Source of the DNA: an uncultured Acidobacteriota bacterium
Lineage (GTDB): Bacteria > Acidobacteriota > JAQAZP01
Direction: 5' to 3'
Assembly: GCA_963836075.1 (NCBI GenBank)
Contig: CAWIIB010000009.1
Location: 288,001 to 352,000 of the forward strand
Length of the DNA stretch: 64,000 bases
Shown: positions 9,305-19,881 of the stretch, in pieces
Position numbering within the stretch: position 1 is the first letter of the stretch
Layout of the letters: every line of letters begins with the position of its first letter
Program-made: the position numbers and the translations under genes
Notes under the pieces: model-generated
Seen by the model: only the letters and a program-made list of their open reading frames with translations
The model's database searches: none
Told to the model about the DNA's origin: nothing

Positions 9305-10282
9305 CTACGCCGTCAGCGCCCGCACCGCCTTCTTCAGCAGGTTGCGGGCCAGGGCCACCTTGTAGCCGTTCTGCTCCAACGGCTCGGCGCCGGCCAGGGC
9401 CGATTCGGCCAGGGTGTCCAGGTTCTCCGCCGAGATCTTGAACCCGGCCAGCTTCGCCGAAACCGCCTTCTCCAGCCAGGGCACGGGGGCGATGCCGCCG
9501 AAGGCCACCGCGCCGGACATCACCGTGCGGCTCCGGGGGACGAGCACCGCGGCGACGCTGGCCACGGCGAAGTCGAACGACTCCCGCTCACGGATCTTGA
9601 CATAGGCGCTCCTCGTCCCGTTGGCCGGCTCGGGCACCTGGACCGCGGTGACGATCTCGCCCGGCCCGAGGATGGTCTCGCGGGTGAAGTCCTCTTCGGG
9701 CAGGACGAAGAACTCGCGAACCGGCACCTCCCGCTCGCCGTCGCGGCCGGCCACGGTGAGCACGGCATCGAGCGCGGTGAGCGCCACCGCGGTGTCCGAG
9801 GGGTGGACGATGTAGCAGGGTCCGCCGCCGATGACGCAGTGGTAGCGGTTTTCCCCATTCTCTGCAAAGCACTCGGTGCCGCCCTTCTTCAAGCAGTCGA
9901 AATCCCCGCGGAAGTACCAGCAGCGGGGCCGCTGGCAGAGGTTGCCGCCCAGGGTGCCCACGTTGCGCAGCTGGGGCGAAGCGGCCGAGCCGGCGGCCTC
10001 GGCGAGCACAGTCCACTTCTCGCGGATCTCCGGGTGCCTGGCGAGCTCGGCGAGTTTCACCAGCGCCCCGATGCGCAGGCCCTTGCCGGGGAGGAGCTCG
10101 ATCCCGTCCATCCCCTTGATCTTTTTGAGATCGATGAGCCGCCCCGGGGCGACCCTGCCGTCCTTGATCAGGCCGAGCAGGTCGGTGCCGCCGGCGATGA
10201 AGTGCCCTTCGCTCTTTTCGCTGCTGCCCAGGGCCACGGCGTCCTTGACCGTGCCCGGGTGTTCGTAGGTGAATTCGTCCAT
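9305..10282 (-). CDS. FAD-binding subunit of xanthine dehydrogenase-family oxidoreductase (PaoB/YagS-like)
   Basis: AGGTDL, ASPQLRNVGTLGGNLCQRPRCWYFR, Cys-rich [4Fe-4S] insert, HPSD. Confidence 0.92.
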   Translation of the reverse strand: MDEFTYEHPGTVKDAVALGSSEKSEGHFIAGGTDLLGLIKDGRVAPGRLIDLKKIKGMDGIELLPGKGLRIGALVKLAELARHPEIREKWTVLAEAAGSAASPQLRNVGTLGGNLCQRPRCWYFRGDFDCLKKGGTECFAENGENRYHCVIGGGPCYIVHPSDTAVALTALDAVLTVAGRDGEREVPVREFFVLPEEDFTRETILGPGEIVTAVQVPEPANGTRSAYVKIRERESFDFAVASVAAVLVPRSRTVMSGAVAFGGIAPVPWLEKAVSAKLAGFKISAENLDTLAESALAGAEPLEQNGYKVALARNLLKKAVRALTA

Positions 10283-10304
10283 CTCTGTCTCCTTCCCTCG
10301 CGGC

Positions 10305-12614
10305 TCAGCTCGATACCGCGGCCAGGGCCTCGAGCACCCGTGCCGGGGTCATCGGCAGGTCCTTCACCCGGACCCCGATGGCGTTGTACACGGCGTTGGC
10401 GATGGCGCCGGCAGTGGGGATGTGCGCCGGTTCCCCGCACCCCTTCACCCCGGTGTTGCTGATCAACGGGTCGGCGTCGCTGACCACGATGACCTCGATC
10501 TCCGGCATGTCCATCATCGTCGGCATCTTGTAGCCGTGGAGGTTGGCGTTGAGCACGCGGCCGCTTCTTCTATCCACCACCTGCTGCTCGCAGAGGGCGT
10601 AGCCCACGCCCTGGATGATGCCGCCGTGCATCTGGTTCTCCATGGTCATGCGGTTCAAGACCAGGCCGATATCGTGGGCCGCGACGACCTTCTTCACCCG
10701 GATGCGTCCGGTCTCGGTGTCCACCTCCACCTCGGCGAACTGTGCGCCGAAGGTATTGATGGCGTAGCCCTCGGGGTTGGCGCCCCGCGCCCCGGTGGTG
10801 ACCAGTGTCTGCTCGCGCAGCTGCTGGAAGATCGCCGGGACCTCCACCGTCTTTGACGAGTCGCTGCGGGAGGTGACGGCGCCGGCGGCGAGTTCGAGGT
10901 CGCCCTCGGGCAGCTCGAGGATCGCCGCACCGGCGGAGATCAGCTTGGCCTTCATCAGCTCGGCCGCCTCCTTCACCGCCGGCGAGACCGACGGCGCGGT
11001 GAGGCTGCCGCCGCTCACCACGCAGTAGGGCCCGGCGGCGGTGTCGCCCACGGTGACACTGATCTTCTCCAGCGGGATGCCCAGCACCTCGGCGACGATC
11101 ATCGCCATGAAGGTCATCGTGCCGGTGCCGATGTCCTGGGTGCCGGCCAGCACCCGGGCGCTGCCGTCGCTGTTCAGCTTGAGGATGCAGCCCGAGGGCG
11201 GGGTGCCGCCGCCCCACCAGATCTGCGAGGCCATGCCCAGGCCGGTCTTCACCGGGCCGGCCCCGCCGCCCGGGGTCTTGCTGCGGCGGTCCCAGCCGAT
11301 GGCCTCGGCGCCCCGGCGGTAGGCCTCGATGAGCCGCTTCGAACTGTAGGGCAGATCGCTCACCTGGTCCTGGTCGGTGTGGTTGAGGACGCGCAGCTCC
11401 ACCGGGTCCATACCCAGCTTCTCCGCCAGGTCGTCGATCAGCGACTCGAGGGCGAAGGTGCCGGGCACGTGCCCCGGCGCCCGCATCGGGCACGCCGGGC
11501 CGGTGTTGCCGTGCACCGAGTACTCCTCGACGCTGACGTTGCCGCACTGGTAAAGCGTTTTCAGCGGCCAGCTGCAGCCGGCGCCGTAGGGGTAGGCCCC
11601 CACCGAGCCGTGGGAGTACATCCGCATCGCCTTCAGTTTCCCGTCCCTGCCCGCCCCGATCTTCAGCTTCTGCACCGAGTCGGGCCGGTTGCCCATGGCC
11701 AGGTTCATCTCCCGCCGGTCCATGGTGATCTTCACCGGGCGGCCGATCCGCCGGGCGAGGATGGCGGCCATCACGCTGTGCTTGCCGCAGGAGAGCTTGC
11801 TGCCGAAGCCGCCGCCCATGTACTTCTTGATCACCCGGACATGGCTCGAGGGGATCTTCAGCTTGCCGGCAATGGTGTCGCGCACCGAGTAGACCGCCTG
11901 GGTCGAGTCCCAGACGGTGAGCCGGTCGCCGTCCCAGTTGGCCACCGACCCGTGGGGCTCGGTGGGGTTGTGCACCGCCACCCGGGTGCTGAAGTCGCCC
12001 TCGACGACGACGTCGGCTTCGGTGAAGCCCTGCTCCACGTCCCCCCGGCTGTAAGGCTGGGAGCGGTTCTCGACGATGTTGCCGTAGTCGTGGAGCTGCG
12101 GCGCCCCCTCCTTCATCGCCTCGGCCGGGTCGGTGACGAAGGGCAGCCGCTCGTAGTCCACCTCGATGGCCCTGGCCGCCTGCTCGGCGACGGCCGCCGT
12201 CTCGGCCACCACGCAGGCCACCTCGTCCCCCTCGTACCTCAGGTGCGGGTCGAAAAGGAAGGTGGTTGCGCCGCGCCAGGGGATCGGTTCCGTGTTCTCG
12301 TGGGTGATGATGTCGAGCACACCCCTTATCCGCCGCGCCCGCGAGACGTCGATCGACCTGACCCGCGCGTGGGGATGGGGGCACCGGAGGACCCGGCCGT
12401 GGGCCATCTGCGGCAAATTGACATCGAAGGTGTACTCTGCCGTCCCGCTGACCTTGTCGTAGCCGTCGATGCGGGGGACCTCGGTGCCGACCACCTTCAG
12501 CTTCTCCCCCGGCTGCCAGGCCGCGGTCTCCCTGACCGACACCTCGGCGAGCTGTTCGGTCATCTCGTCGTCGGCGTAGTATTTCGTTTTGACGATCTTC
12601 TGGTCGCTCATCAC
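10305..12614 (-). CDS. Molybdopterin-binding subunit (PaoC/YagR-like)
   Basis: RIDGYDKVSG, GGGFGSK, MRAPG, QDIGTG, GGSLT, KGCGE. Confidence 0.93.
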   Translation of the reverse strand: MMSDQKIVKTKYYADDEMTEQLAEVSVRETAAWQPGEKLKVVGTEVPRIDGYDKVSGTAEYTFDVNLPQMAHGRVLRCPHPHARVRSIDVSRARRIRGVLDIITHENTEPIPWRGATTFLFDPHLRYEGDEVACVVAETAAVAEQAARAIEVDYERLPFVTDPAEAMKEGAPQLHDYGNIVENRSQPYSRGDVEQGFTEADVVVEGDFSTRVAVHNPTEPHGSVANWDGDRLTVWDSTQAVYSVRDTIAGKLKIPSSHVRVIKKYMGGGFGSKLSCGKHSVMAAILARRIGRPVKITMDRREMNLAMGNRPDSVQKLKIGAGRDGKLKAMRMYSHGSVGAYPYGAGCSWPLKTLYQCGNVSVEEYSVHGNTGPACPMRAPGHVPGTFALESLIDDLAEKLGMDPVELRVLNHTDQDQVSDLPYSSKRLIEAYRRGAEAIGWDRRSKTPGGGAGPVKTGLGMASQIWWGGGTPPSGCILKLNSDGSARVLAGTQDIGTGTMTFMAMIVAEVLGIPLEKISVTVGDTAAGPYCVVSGGSLTAPSVSPAVKEAAELMKAKLISAGAAILELPEGDLELAAGAVTSRSDSSKTVEVPAIFQQLREQTLVTTGARGANPEGYAINTFGAQFAEVEVDTETGRIRVKKVVAAHDIGLVLNRMTMENQMHGGIIQGVGYALCEQQVVDRRSGRVLNANLHGYKMPTMMDMPEIEVIVVSDADPLISNTGVKGCGEPAHIPTAGAIANAVYNAIGVRVKDLPMTPARVLEALAAVSS

Positions 12615-13225
12615 CTGGCCCTCCCCTTCTGCTCAGCCGCCTTGAGGACCGAGGCCATGATGTTGGGGTAGGCGGCGCAGCGGCAGACCGTGCCGGCCAT
12701 GCCCTCCTTGATCTGCGCCGCCGTGGGGTGGGGGTGGAGGTTGAGCAGCCCCTGGGCCGCCATCACCTGCCCCGGGGTGCAGAAGCCGCACTGCAGGCCG
12801 TCGTGGTCGACAAAGGCCTGCTGGATCGGGTGCAGCTCCTCGCCGTCGAGCAGCCCCTCCACCGTGGTGACCTCCCGCCCCGCGGCGTCGAGGGCCAGCA
12901 GGTGGCAGGAGCAGACCGCCTCGCCGTCGAGGAGCACGGTGCAGGCCCCGCACTCCCCCTGGTTGCAGACCACCTTGGTCCCGGTGAGGCCCAGCTGGTC
13001 GCGCAGCAGTTCGACCAGCGTCTCGGACGGCCTGACCATCAGGGTGTGGCGCTTGCCGTTGACCGTGAGGGCCAGCCGCTCGCTGCCCTCATGCGGCGCG
13101 CTCTGTTTTGCCTCACCCTCGGTCCCCTGCGCGGACAGGGCCTCGGTGACCACCGCCGAACCGACGATGCCCGTGCCCACCTGTTTCATGAATGTCCGGC
13201 GGGGCGGTTCTTTCTTCTCTGCCAT
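12611..13225 (-). CDS. [2Fe-2S] subunit with Tat signal (PaoA/YagT-like)
   Basis: RRTFMK Tat motif; CNQGECGACT, QCGFCTPG, CRC. Confidence 0.92.
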   Translation of the reverse strand: MAEKKEPPRRTFMKQVGTGIVGSAVVTEALSAQGTEGEAKQSAPHEGSERLALTVNGKRHTLMVRPSETLVELLRDQLGLTGTKVVCNQGECGACTVLLDGEAVCSCHLLALDAAGREVTTVEGLLDGEELHPIQQAFVDHDGLQCGFCTPGQVMAAQGLLNLHPHPTAAQIKEGMAGTVCRCAAYPNIMASVLKAAEQKGRAR

Positions 13226-13449
13226 GGCCTGCTCCTTTCCGCATCCCCCGCGGTGCACGGCCAAAGAAAGGCACAGCACACCGGGATGGGCCGCCGGTGT
13301 CCGCTGAAGCCGGCCCCCGGGCGCAGCCGAGAGGGATGCCCGGCGGACAAGTGGCGGTCAAATTCACCTGGAGGAGAATCGACATGCTATGGGTGCACTA
13401 TACCAGAAGTGGGAGGGAGAGGGAGGGGGATGGGCAGACAACCTGCGCC

Positions 13450-13749
13450 TCAGGCACCGAGCGCTTCGATCAGCGCTTCCGGTTTCTTCTCGGCGACCCG
13501 CAGCAGGGCACGGGCCGGCCCTTCCGGGCAGCGCCGGCCCTGCTCCCAGTTCCGGAGGGTGGAGACGCTGACCCCGATCATCATCGCGAACTCCGGCTGC
13601 GACTTACCGAGTTTTTTCCTGATCGCCTTGATGTCGGCCGGTTGGTAGTGGAACACGCGCCCCGGCGCCAGCTCCTTCCGCCTGATGCGGCCGGCCTGCC
13701 GGACACTGGACACCAGCTTGTCGAAATCCCGTTTCTTCAGGGGGATCAC
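13450..13749 (-). CDS. XRE-family HTH protein (HigA/NadS-like), no adjacent toxin
   Basis: IKAIRKKLGKSQPEFAMMIGVSVSTLRNWEQGRRCPEGPARALL. Confidence 0.82.
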   Translation of the reverse strand: MIPLKKRDFDKLVSSVRQAGRIRRKELAPGRVFHYQPADIKAIRKKLGKSQPEFAMMIGVSVSTLRNWEQGRRCPEGPARALLRVAEKKPEALIEALGA

Positions 13750-13902
13750 CCGGCTTGACACCACGATGACAACGCGAAGTTCCACCCACTTGTTTCGCGG
13801 ACAGGGAATCATCGTCTAATCAAACACTTCCGTTTTGGCCCGCAAGTTGCTTCCCCTTCGATCGACATTTGATCAGGTCGAGGTTGGCCGAACAACAACA
13901 GC

Positions 13903-13936
13903 TTGACAATATGCATATTTGTGCATATATCTGTGA
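13903..13936 (+). promoter_or_regulatory. Promoter/operator of BrnTA-like locus
   Basis: TTGACA followed by inverted repeat ATATGCA..TGCATAT overlapping the -10 region, just before ATG 13937. Confidence 0.55.
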
Positions 13937-14240
13937 ATGAGATACGTCTGGGACAGCAGCAAGGCGGCTTCGAGCAAACGAGAGCACGGCACTGCCATGA
14001 AGAAACAATGCGACTTCAGCAAGGGCCGGCGCGGCCCGGTGGTTACACCACCTCCCGGCAAGACCCGCATCACCATCAGGATCGATGACGATATCCTCGA
14101 CTGGTTCCGCAGCCGTGTCGACGAAGCCGGCGGCGGCAGCTACCCGGCGATGATCAACCAGGCCCTGCGGGACCACATCAACGGGGACCGCGAAGACCTG
14201 GAGAAGCTGCTGCGCCGGGTGGTCCGGGAGGAAGTCCCAT
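13937..14240 (+). pseudogene. BrnT N-terminal remnant fused in frame to BrnA-type antitoxin that lacks its own stop
   Basis: MRYVWDSSKAASSKREHG resembles a BrnT start; from 13997 MKKQCDFSKGRRG..KTRITIRIDDDILDWFR..MINQALR is BrnA-like; the frame reads on into the antisense of the HNH gene. Confidence 0.72.
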
Positions 14241-14254
14241 CAGGGTTGACCGGC

Positions 14255-15318
14255 CTACACCCGGTGGAACAGGCCCCGCCAGGCCGGGTCGAGGGGCACA
14301 ACCTCACGGTCTCTGAGCCAGACGTGGGCGCCGGCGTTCTCCGCCTGCCGGTAGGCCCAGCGGGCCACCTGGTGCGAGCCGTCGAGGTTGTGGAGGAGGG
14401 ATCGTGCCTCGAACCGCTGGGCCAGTTCCTGACCCCGGTCCTCGTTGCGTCGCCGCCAGCGCTCGAGGTGCGGCAGGGCGGCCAGCAGGTCGCTCTTCCT
14501 GCCGTTGCAGCCGCGGTGGGCGAGGACGAAGTTGTGCCCCAGGTCGGTGGGATAGCGGGACCAGGGGATGAAGTGGTCCACCTCGGCCCGGCCGCTGATC
14601 GGCCGCCGGCAGTAGAAGCAGTCGCCATGCTGCACGTCCCTGAGGATCGGCACGTACTCGGCCAGCGGGGCCCGCTCCGAGCCGAAGAGGAACTCCGAGA
14701 GGTCCGTGCCGTCGCCGAGGACATCCGCGTTGCCCCTGACCCGCCGGATAAAGCGCAGCCAGGCCCCCTGGACCAGGTTGCGCACCAGGCCGTGGAACCG
14801 CCGGAAGCAGAAGGCCACCCCCGGCTCGAGGGTGATCGTGTGGCCCCGGCCCGTGTTGGGATAGAGGAACGGCTCCACCCCGCCGGCCAGTTCCTGGAGC
14901 CGCCAGAGCGGCATGACCTCGATGTTTCGCGCCACCTGGCGGAGCAGCTGTTCGTACTGGTCCGCGGGCATATCGCCGGATCGGAGCGGGCCGTGTACTG
15001 CTGCTGCGCTTCGGCAACATAGCGGACCACCGCGGCCTGGTGGCCGGTGTTCTGCCGCAAGACAGCGGCCTCACCGGCCCCGGCCGCCGGCACGTAGGGC
15101 CGTGCCTGCCGCCAGTAGTAGTTGATGAACTTCTCCGCGATCTGCCGGGTGTGGAGGGTGAGCGGCTCGCCAGTGTCGTCCCCCAGTTCTACCGAGAGGT
15201 CGGCCAGGGCCAGCAGCAGGGCGAACTTGTAGGTGGCGACGAAAGACCCCTCGTCGAAGATCCGCTGGATGTTGGCCAGGAACCTGACCTGGGCTTCGGG
15301 TGAGGTAGCGTCGGTCAC
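14255..15318 (-). CDS. HNH endonuclease, frameshift near 14975
   Basis: ATYKFALLLAL N-terminus; CFYC..VDHFIPWSRYP..NFVLAHRGCNGRKSD. Confidence 0.85.
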
Positions 15319-15708
15319 TCGCCTCTGCCGCTCCAGTAGTCGGCCTTGTCGGGGAAGATCCAGCGGATTCCGCCGCGGGGCTCGGGAACGTCCCCGGTGA
15401 ACCGGGGGATCAGGTGCAGGTGGAGGTGCGGCACCGTCTGCCCGGCAGCCTCCCCGTCGTTGATGCCGATGTTGAAGCCGTCGGGGTTCGAGCTCGGCCT
15501 GCAGCCCGTCCCGCGCCTCCCGAAGAAGCTGGAGCATCTCACCCACCTCTTCCGGCGTGGCATCGAAGAAGGACTTGATATGCCGCCGGGGGATGATCAG
15601 CGTGTGTCCGGGCGAGACCGGGAAGCCGTCACGGATGACCACGGCCCGCTCGCTCTCCAGAATGATGCGTTCAGCAAGCAGGCTGCAGAATGGGCAGGGC
15701 GTTTGCAT
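15315..15708 (-). CDS. HIT-family nucleotide hydrolase, frameshift near 15485
   Basis: CPFC, DGFPVSPGHTLIIPRRH, FNIGINDGEAAGQTVPHLHLHLIPR. Confidence 0.9.
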
Positions 15709-15900
15709 GCGTGTCACCTTGAATGAGTGATCAACGGCGATGATCAGCGGGTGATTGGCCACAAGAATCTGGTTGGATTGTATTACAGTGGGTGGAATCG
15801 GGGAAGGAGGTCAGCAAGATTATTCCACTTATGTCGCGTGGCAGTTTCTAGAGATCGCAGTGTCCATCGAAGAGATTTTGCCTGGGTTTCCTGGCGTGGG

Positions 15901-17393
15901 TCATACGTCCTCTCTGACAACCCAATGGCCGCCCCTGGCAGGACCAAAGCGCTTAATACGGCCTTCGGTCTTCAGCTTAGCCACCTGCAACTCGATGGCT
16001 CTTGCCGTTCTACCAGTGTCCTCAGCTATTTCCAGAATGGTCACTCTCGGATTCGCTCGCATTAGTGCCAGGATTTTCACCGAAGTTTTCACCGAAGTTT
16101 TCACCGAAGTTTTTGCTCGTAATTCTTCCGAAAACGTCTCCGTACGTGCCGGCAAGCGGATCAGAAAATAGCTGCGGTCATCGTCCGATTCGAACTCGGG
16201 TGCCGGCGAGCCGTTCGCTCTCATCACTTTCAGAATCTTCGAGATCCCGGTGGAGCGGCCCTCGGCGAGATCCAGTTCCTTGAGGAACTCTCCGATCCGC
16301 CGATTGCGATAACGGCGACTGACCGCTCTGCCCGCCCGCAGGTCCGCCATCCGGATGGACCGGTCAGGCCCGGGAAAACTCAGCACCACCAGATCATCCG
16401 CAGTGATGCGCACTTCGATCGGCTCGCGGATCTCATAGGATCGGTGGTAGACGGCATTGACAACAGCTTCCTCGATGGCGGCATAGGGAAAATTCCAGAA
16501 ACGCTCGGCCTCGGCCCGGTCAGCGTGTTTGACCACCGTTTGCTTGAGATAGTTGGCCTGGATGTGGCCCAGTGCGTCACGCACGATACGGGCGAGAGGA
16601 CCGGCAAAGGTCTTCTCGTCAAAACGGTCCCCGCCCGGGCCCTCAGGAAACCAGACCACATCGATCTGGGTGGCCGGGAAAAACCGCTCCGGGTGTTCGT
16701 TGAAAAAGAGCAGGCCGACGTTCTTCGGCAAGGCCGACTCGGCAGGACCGCCTACCACGTTCATTTGCCGGCCCAGGGCTTCGCCCGAAAGCCCCCGAAA
16801 CTCATCCGCAAGGTCGCTACCCACCTCGCGCAAAAACTCCTCCATCAATCGCGGTGACAGATCATCGGCCCCGGCGGTCTGGTTGAAGCAGTCGTCAAAG
16901 GGAACCCTGGCCGTGAGGCTGATCAGATCCCGCTCATCGTCGCCTTTCGCCTCGACCGTGCTTGAGTAGCGGCGGATGTAGTGGCGGTAGTCCTTCTTCC
17001 TGGCCAGGACGGACCGCGGGACCTTGTAGGGCCGGTGCTGCCCTCCCGGCGCCCACAGAATAATCAGGTTGCGCCCTTCGAATCGTTCGACACTCAGCAT
17101 GGGGAAATAGGGCGGCTGGATCAGGTTGCAAAACCCGAGGAGCTCCCGCTGGATCCTGTCCAGTTGATTTTCAGGCAAGCCCTTCGGCGGGAAAATGGGC
17201 AGCCCCGATTCGTCACAGTCCTGCCCGATCACCACATAGCCGCCGCCAAGGTTTTCGAGATCGTTGGCAAACGCACAGAGGGTACGCGCAAAACAGGATC
17301 GGGATTCCATCCCGCCTTGTACTCGATCCGCTCGCCTTCGACCTTCCGCTGGCGGAGCAGGCTCTCGATGTTGATCGGGAGCTTGGAGATCAA
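15901..17393 (-). CDS. AlbA_2 (Schlafen-like) domain, RecG-C/HATPase-like domain and C-terminal HTH; frameshift near 17295
   Basis: TTG start after AGGAG; ERIEYK, TLCAFAND..GGYVVIG, EAVVNAVYHRSY, YRNRRIGEFLKEL..GRSTGI. Confidence 0.83.
16074..16113. repeat. 12-bp coding tandem repeat x3 (KTSV)
   Basis: TTTTCACCGAAG repeated three times before the HTH. Confidence 0.85.
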
Positions 17394-17628
17394 TTGCTCG
17401 TCTCCTATGGACTCCCTCAGTCACTGACAAGCACGCTTCCTGCCTGGGAACCAAGGTTGTCAGGCTCGCTTTGTTTGCATGGTCTGAAATCATGTACCTA
17501 CAACCACTGCAGGAAGGAAAGGAGCAAAGTGCATGCCAGATGGGGCAGGCGGGAAGACAAACGGATCAAGACGTAGGGAATCCACCGGTGGCCAAATCCT
17601 CAAGGAAGGACCGACTGCCCCCACCTCC

Positions 17629-19557
17629 TCACAACCCCTGAAACCCGCAGTCCTTCAGATACGCGAAGGTCTCCTCGAGCTCCTCGAGCGGCGGCACGAA
17701 GACCACCGTGGCATCCCTCCCGCGGGTCAGGAGCACCCGGTAGGCATTGAGGCGCAGCTGGAACGGGTCGCGCACCTTGGCCTTTTTCAGGTAGCCCCGA
17801 GCTCGATGGTTGGACCACTTGCCGTCGCACCTCTGCAGGTCCGTGCCCCAGGCCAGGAGGACCGCATCCAGCTCGAGTCCCTGAGCGCCGAACTCAGTCA
17901 CCACGGTTTCGAGGTGACGGCAGGACTTTCGGCCGTAGGCCTCCTCCTCATCGCTGTACCAGGGGCCAAACTGAATCCTCTTCGTCGATTGAAAGTCGTT
18001 GGGGATGTCGAAGTTGACCAGATCGCGGTCTTTGGCGGACGCCACCAGCCCGTAACGGGCCTCCTGGTGCTCGGCGTAGCGCTCTCTCAGGTAGTCCTTT
18101 GCCGTGTCGAGGTCGTTGGTGATACGAAGGTGGTAGCCCTGCCGCTCGAGCTCGGTGGCAAACCTCTTGAGATCGCCCGCCACCTCGCCATCCAGGATCC
18201 CCGCAACAAATCGATGCAGATCGGAGGCGAGATGGAAACGGATCTCTGTATCGAGGCTCAAGGAGCCTGAGACTTCATACTTCACTTGACCCCCATCAAA
18301 CAAACTCGCCACTTCAGGCGGCAGATGGACGGCCCAGGCGTCACTGTCCCCGGCCCCCTCGATCGCCAAGCGCCACTGCCCCAAGCCCGCCTCTTCGCCG
18401 ACGTGGATCTCCTGCCCGCTGCCGATGAGGCCGATCACCACACACCACTCGGGGATGCGCCCGGCGAACTCGATGAAATGCTCCGGCTCGGACTTTCCCG
18501 CGCTGAACCCGGGTGTGTTCTTATGCTTCGCCTGCACCTGGTCCGCATCGAATGCGCGCTGGGCCTCGTCGAAGATCAGCACATGCTCGGGCGGGACCAG
18601 GTTCTGCCGCCGGGAGTAGGTCTTGACGTAATCCTTGACCCCGCGGACAAAGGCCTTCCCGCCGCCGCCGGCGCTCTTCAGCTCGTATTGCAGGACCTCC
18701 ACCAGGGGCCCGTTGCCGGACAGGAACACCGCCGGCACGCTGGGATTGCCATTGGCCCGCGGCACGGCCAGGTCGTCGAGGAAGTGGGCATGGGCCACTC
18801 GCAGGCCGACCAGTGTCTTCCCCGCCCCGGGCACCCCGGTGAGTAGAATCAGGTGCCTGGTCTTGCCGGCCGCAGCCTGATGGATGATGCTGGTGATCTC
18901 CGAGACGGCTGGGTCGGTGGCCGCCCGGGCCCGGTGGATCGGCCGCAGGTGCCCATGATGAAACAGCTCGCGTGCCGCCTGCACAAGGGTGGGCAACGGG
19001 CAATAGGCTGATTCCTGGAGAAACTGGCTCGGTGTCAGCGGCGGCCGGTCCGGGTCCTCTTTCAGCTCCCTAATCAGCGCGTCCAGCGCATCGGGCCCGG
19101 CGATCTGCACCCCTGACTGTTCACCGATATAACCCTTGGCCCGCATCGGGACGCAGATCGGTAGCACCGGCCTGACCTGGCAGTCCCGGTGATAGCAGCG
19201 CAGGTCCCTGGCGTAGGCCGACGCCTGATCGATATCCGCCCGGGAGGGCTCGGTTTTCCCCTTCAGCTCGAGGACGACAACGATTCCCTTGGCCAGCAGG
19301 ATAACGTCCGGCCGCCGGGACTCCATAGGCAGTTCATACTCGAGGATGGCCGAGTATCCATCCGCCCCCACATCGAGATGCAAGACTTCGTCCACTTCCC
19401 GCTGGAGGACCGGGATGGAGTCGTCCCAGGCCCGGATCTGGGACAGACCGGCATCACGGACAAAGTCTTCCAGTTTGCCCCGGATGACCTTGGCCGGCGT
19501 TTCCCGAAAGTGCGGGAATGTCGAACCCCAGCCGTATCTGGCTTCTTCTTCAGACAT
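17629..19557 (-). CDS. DUF2075 (Schlafen group 3-like) nuclease-helicase
   Basis: LEYELPMESRRPDVILL..LELK nuclease-like N-terminus; GVPGAGKT, DEAQR, QGLELD, NAYRVLLTRGR. Confidence 0.85.
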   Translation of the reverse strand: MSEEEARYGWGSTFPHFRETPAKVIRGKLEDFVRDAGLSQIRAWDDSIPVLQREVDEVLHLDVGADGYSAILEYELPMESRRPDVILLAKGIVVVLELKGKTEPSRADIDQASAYARDLRCYHRDCQVRPVLPICVPMRAKGYIGEQSGVQIAGPDALDALIRELKEDPDRPPLTPSQFLQESAYCPLPTLVQAARELFHHGHLRPIHRARAATDPAVSEITSIIHQAAAGKTRHLILLTGVPGAGKTLVGLRVAHAHFLDDLAVPRANGNPSVPAVFLSGNGPLVEVLQYELKSAGGGGKAFVRGVKDYVKTYSRRQNLVPPEHVLIFDEAQRAFDADQVQAKHKNTPGFSAGKSEPEHFIEFAGRIPEWCVVIGLIGSGQEIHVGEEAGLGQWRLAIEGAGDSDAWAVHLPPEVASLFDGGQVKYEVSGSLSLDTEIRFHLASDLHRFVAGILDGEVAGDLKRFATELERQGYHLRITNDLDTAKDYLRERYAEHQEARYGLVASAKDRDLVNFDIPNDFQSTKRIQFGPWYSDEEEAYGRKSCRHLETVVTEFGAQGLELDAVLLAWGTDLQRCDGKWSNHRARGYLKKAKVRDPFQLRLNAYRVLLTRGRDATVVFVPPLEELEETFAYLKDCGFQGL

Positions 19558-19834
19558 GTGGCCTCGGGAGCACTTAAGGAGAAAGTTATCGGAGATCAGA
19601 AAGCACCCTTTGCCCGTTGGTGATGGCAACAACGCATCTCCCCGGGAGACTTTGGCTGAATTATAAGTCACCACGAGCCACGCTTCCAAGTGGGCTGAGC
19701 GCAGGATGATTAATAATAGAATTCAGGGCAGGTGTCTGGGTTGTCGGCTAAAGCCTTGACTGGCCATAACATTGGAGGCACACAAGTTAGACCTAAATCG
19801 TGTGAGAACAATGTCAATATTTGGCGCAGTTGCA

Positions 19835-19881
19835 TTGAAGCTGAGGGGGATCGAACCCCTGACCTCGTGACTGCCAGTTAC
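19835..19881 (-). mobile_element. 3' half of tRNA-Ala(GGC), probable att-site scar
   Basis: CTGGCAG anticodon loop-TCACG-AGGTC-AGGGGTTCGATCCCCCT-CAGCTTCA; no D-arm or 5' acceptor strand. Confidence 0.75.

Noticed and set aside
14140-15762. HIT-HNH fusion (540-aa ORF)
   Set aside because: Produced by frameshifts; HIT has its own stop overlapping the HNH GTG start.
16074-16113. Phase-variation repeat
   Set aside because: The 12-bp unit keeps frame; such linker repeats are common before the HTH in this family.
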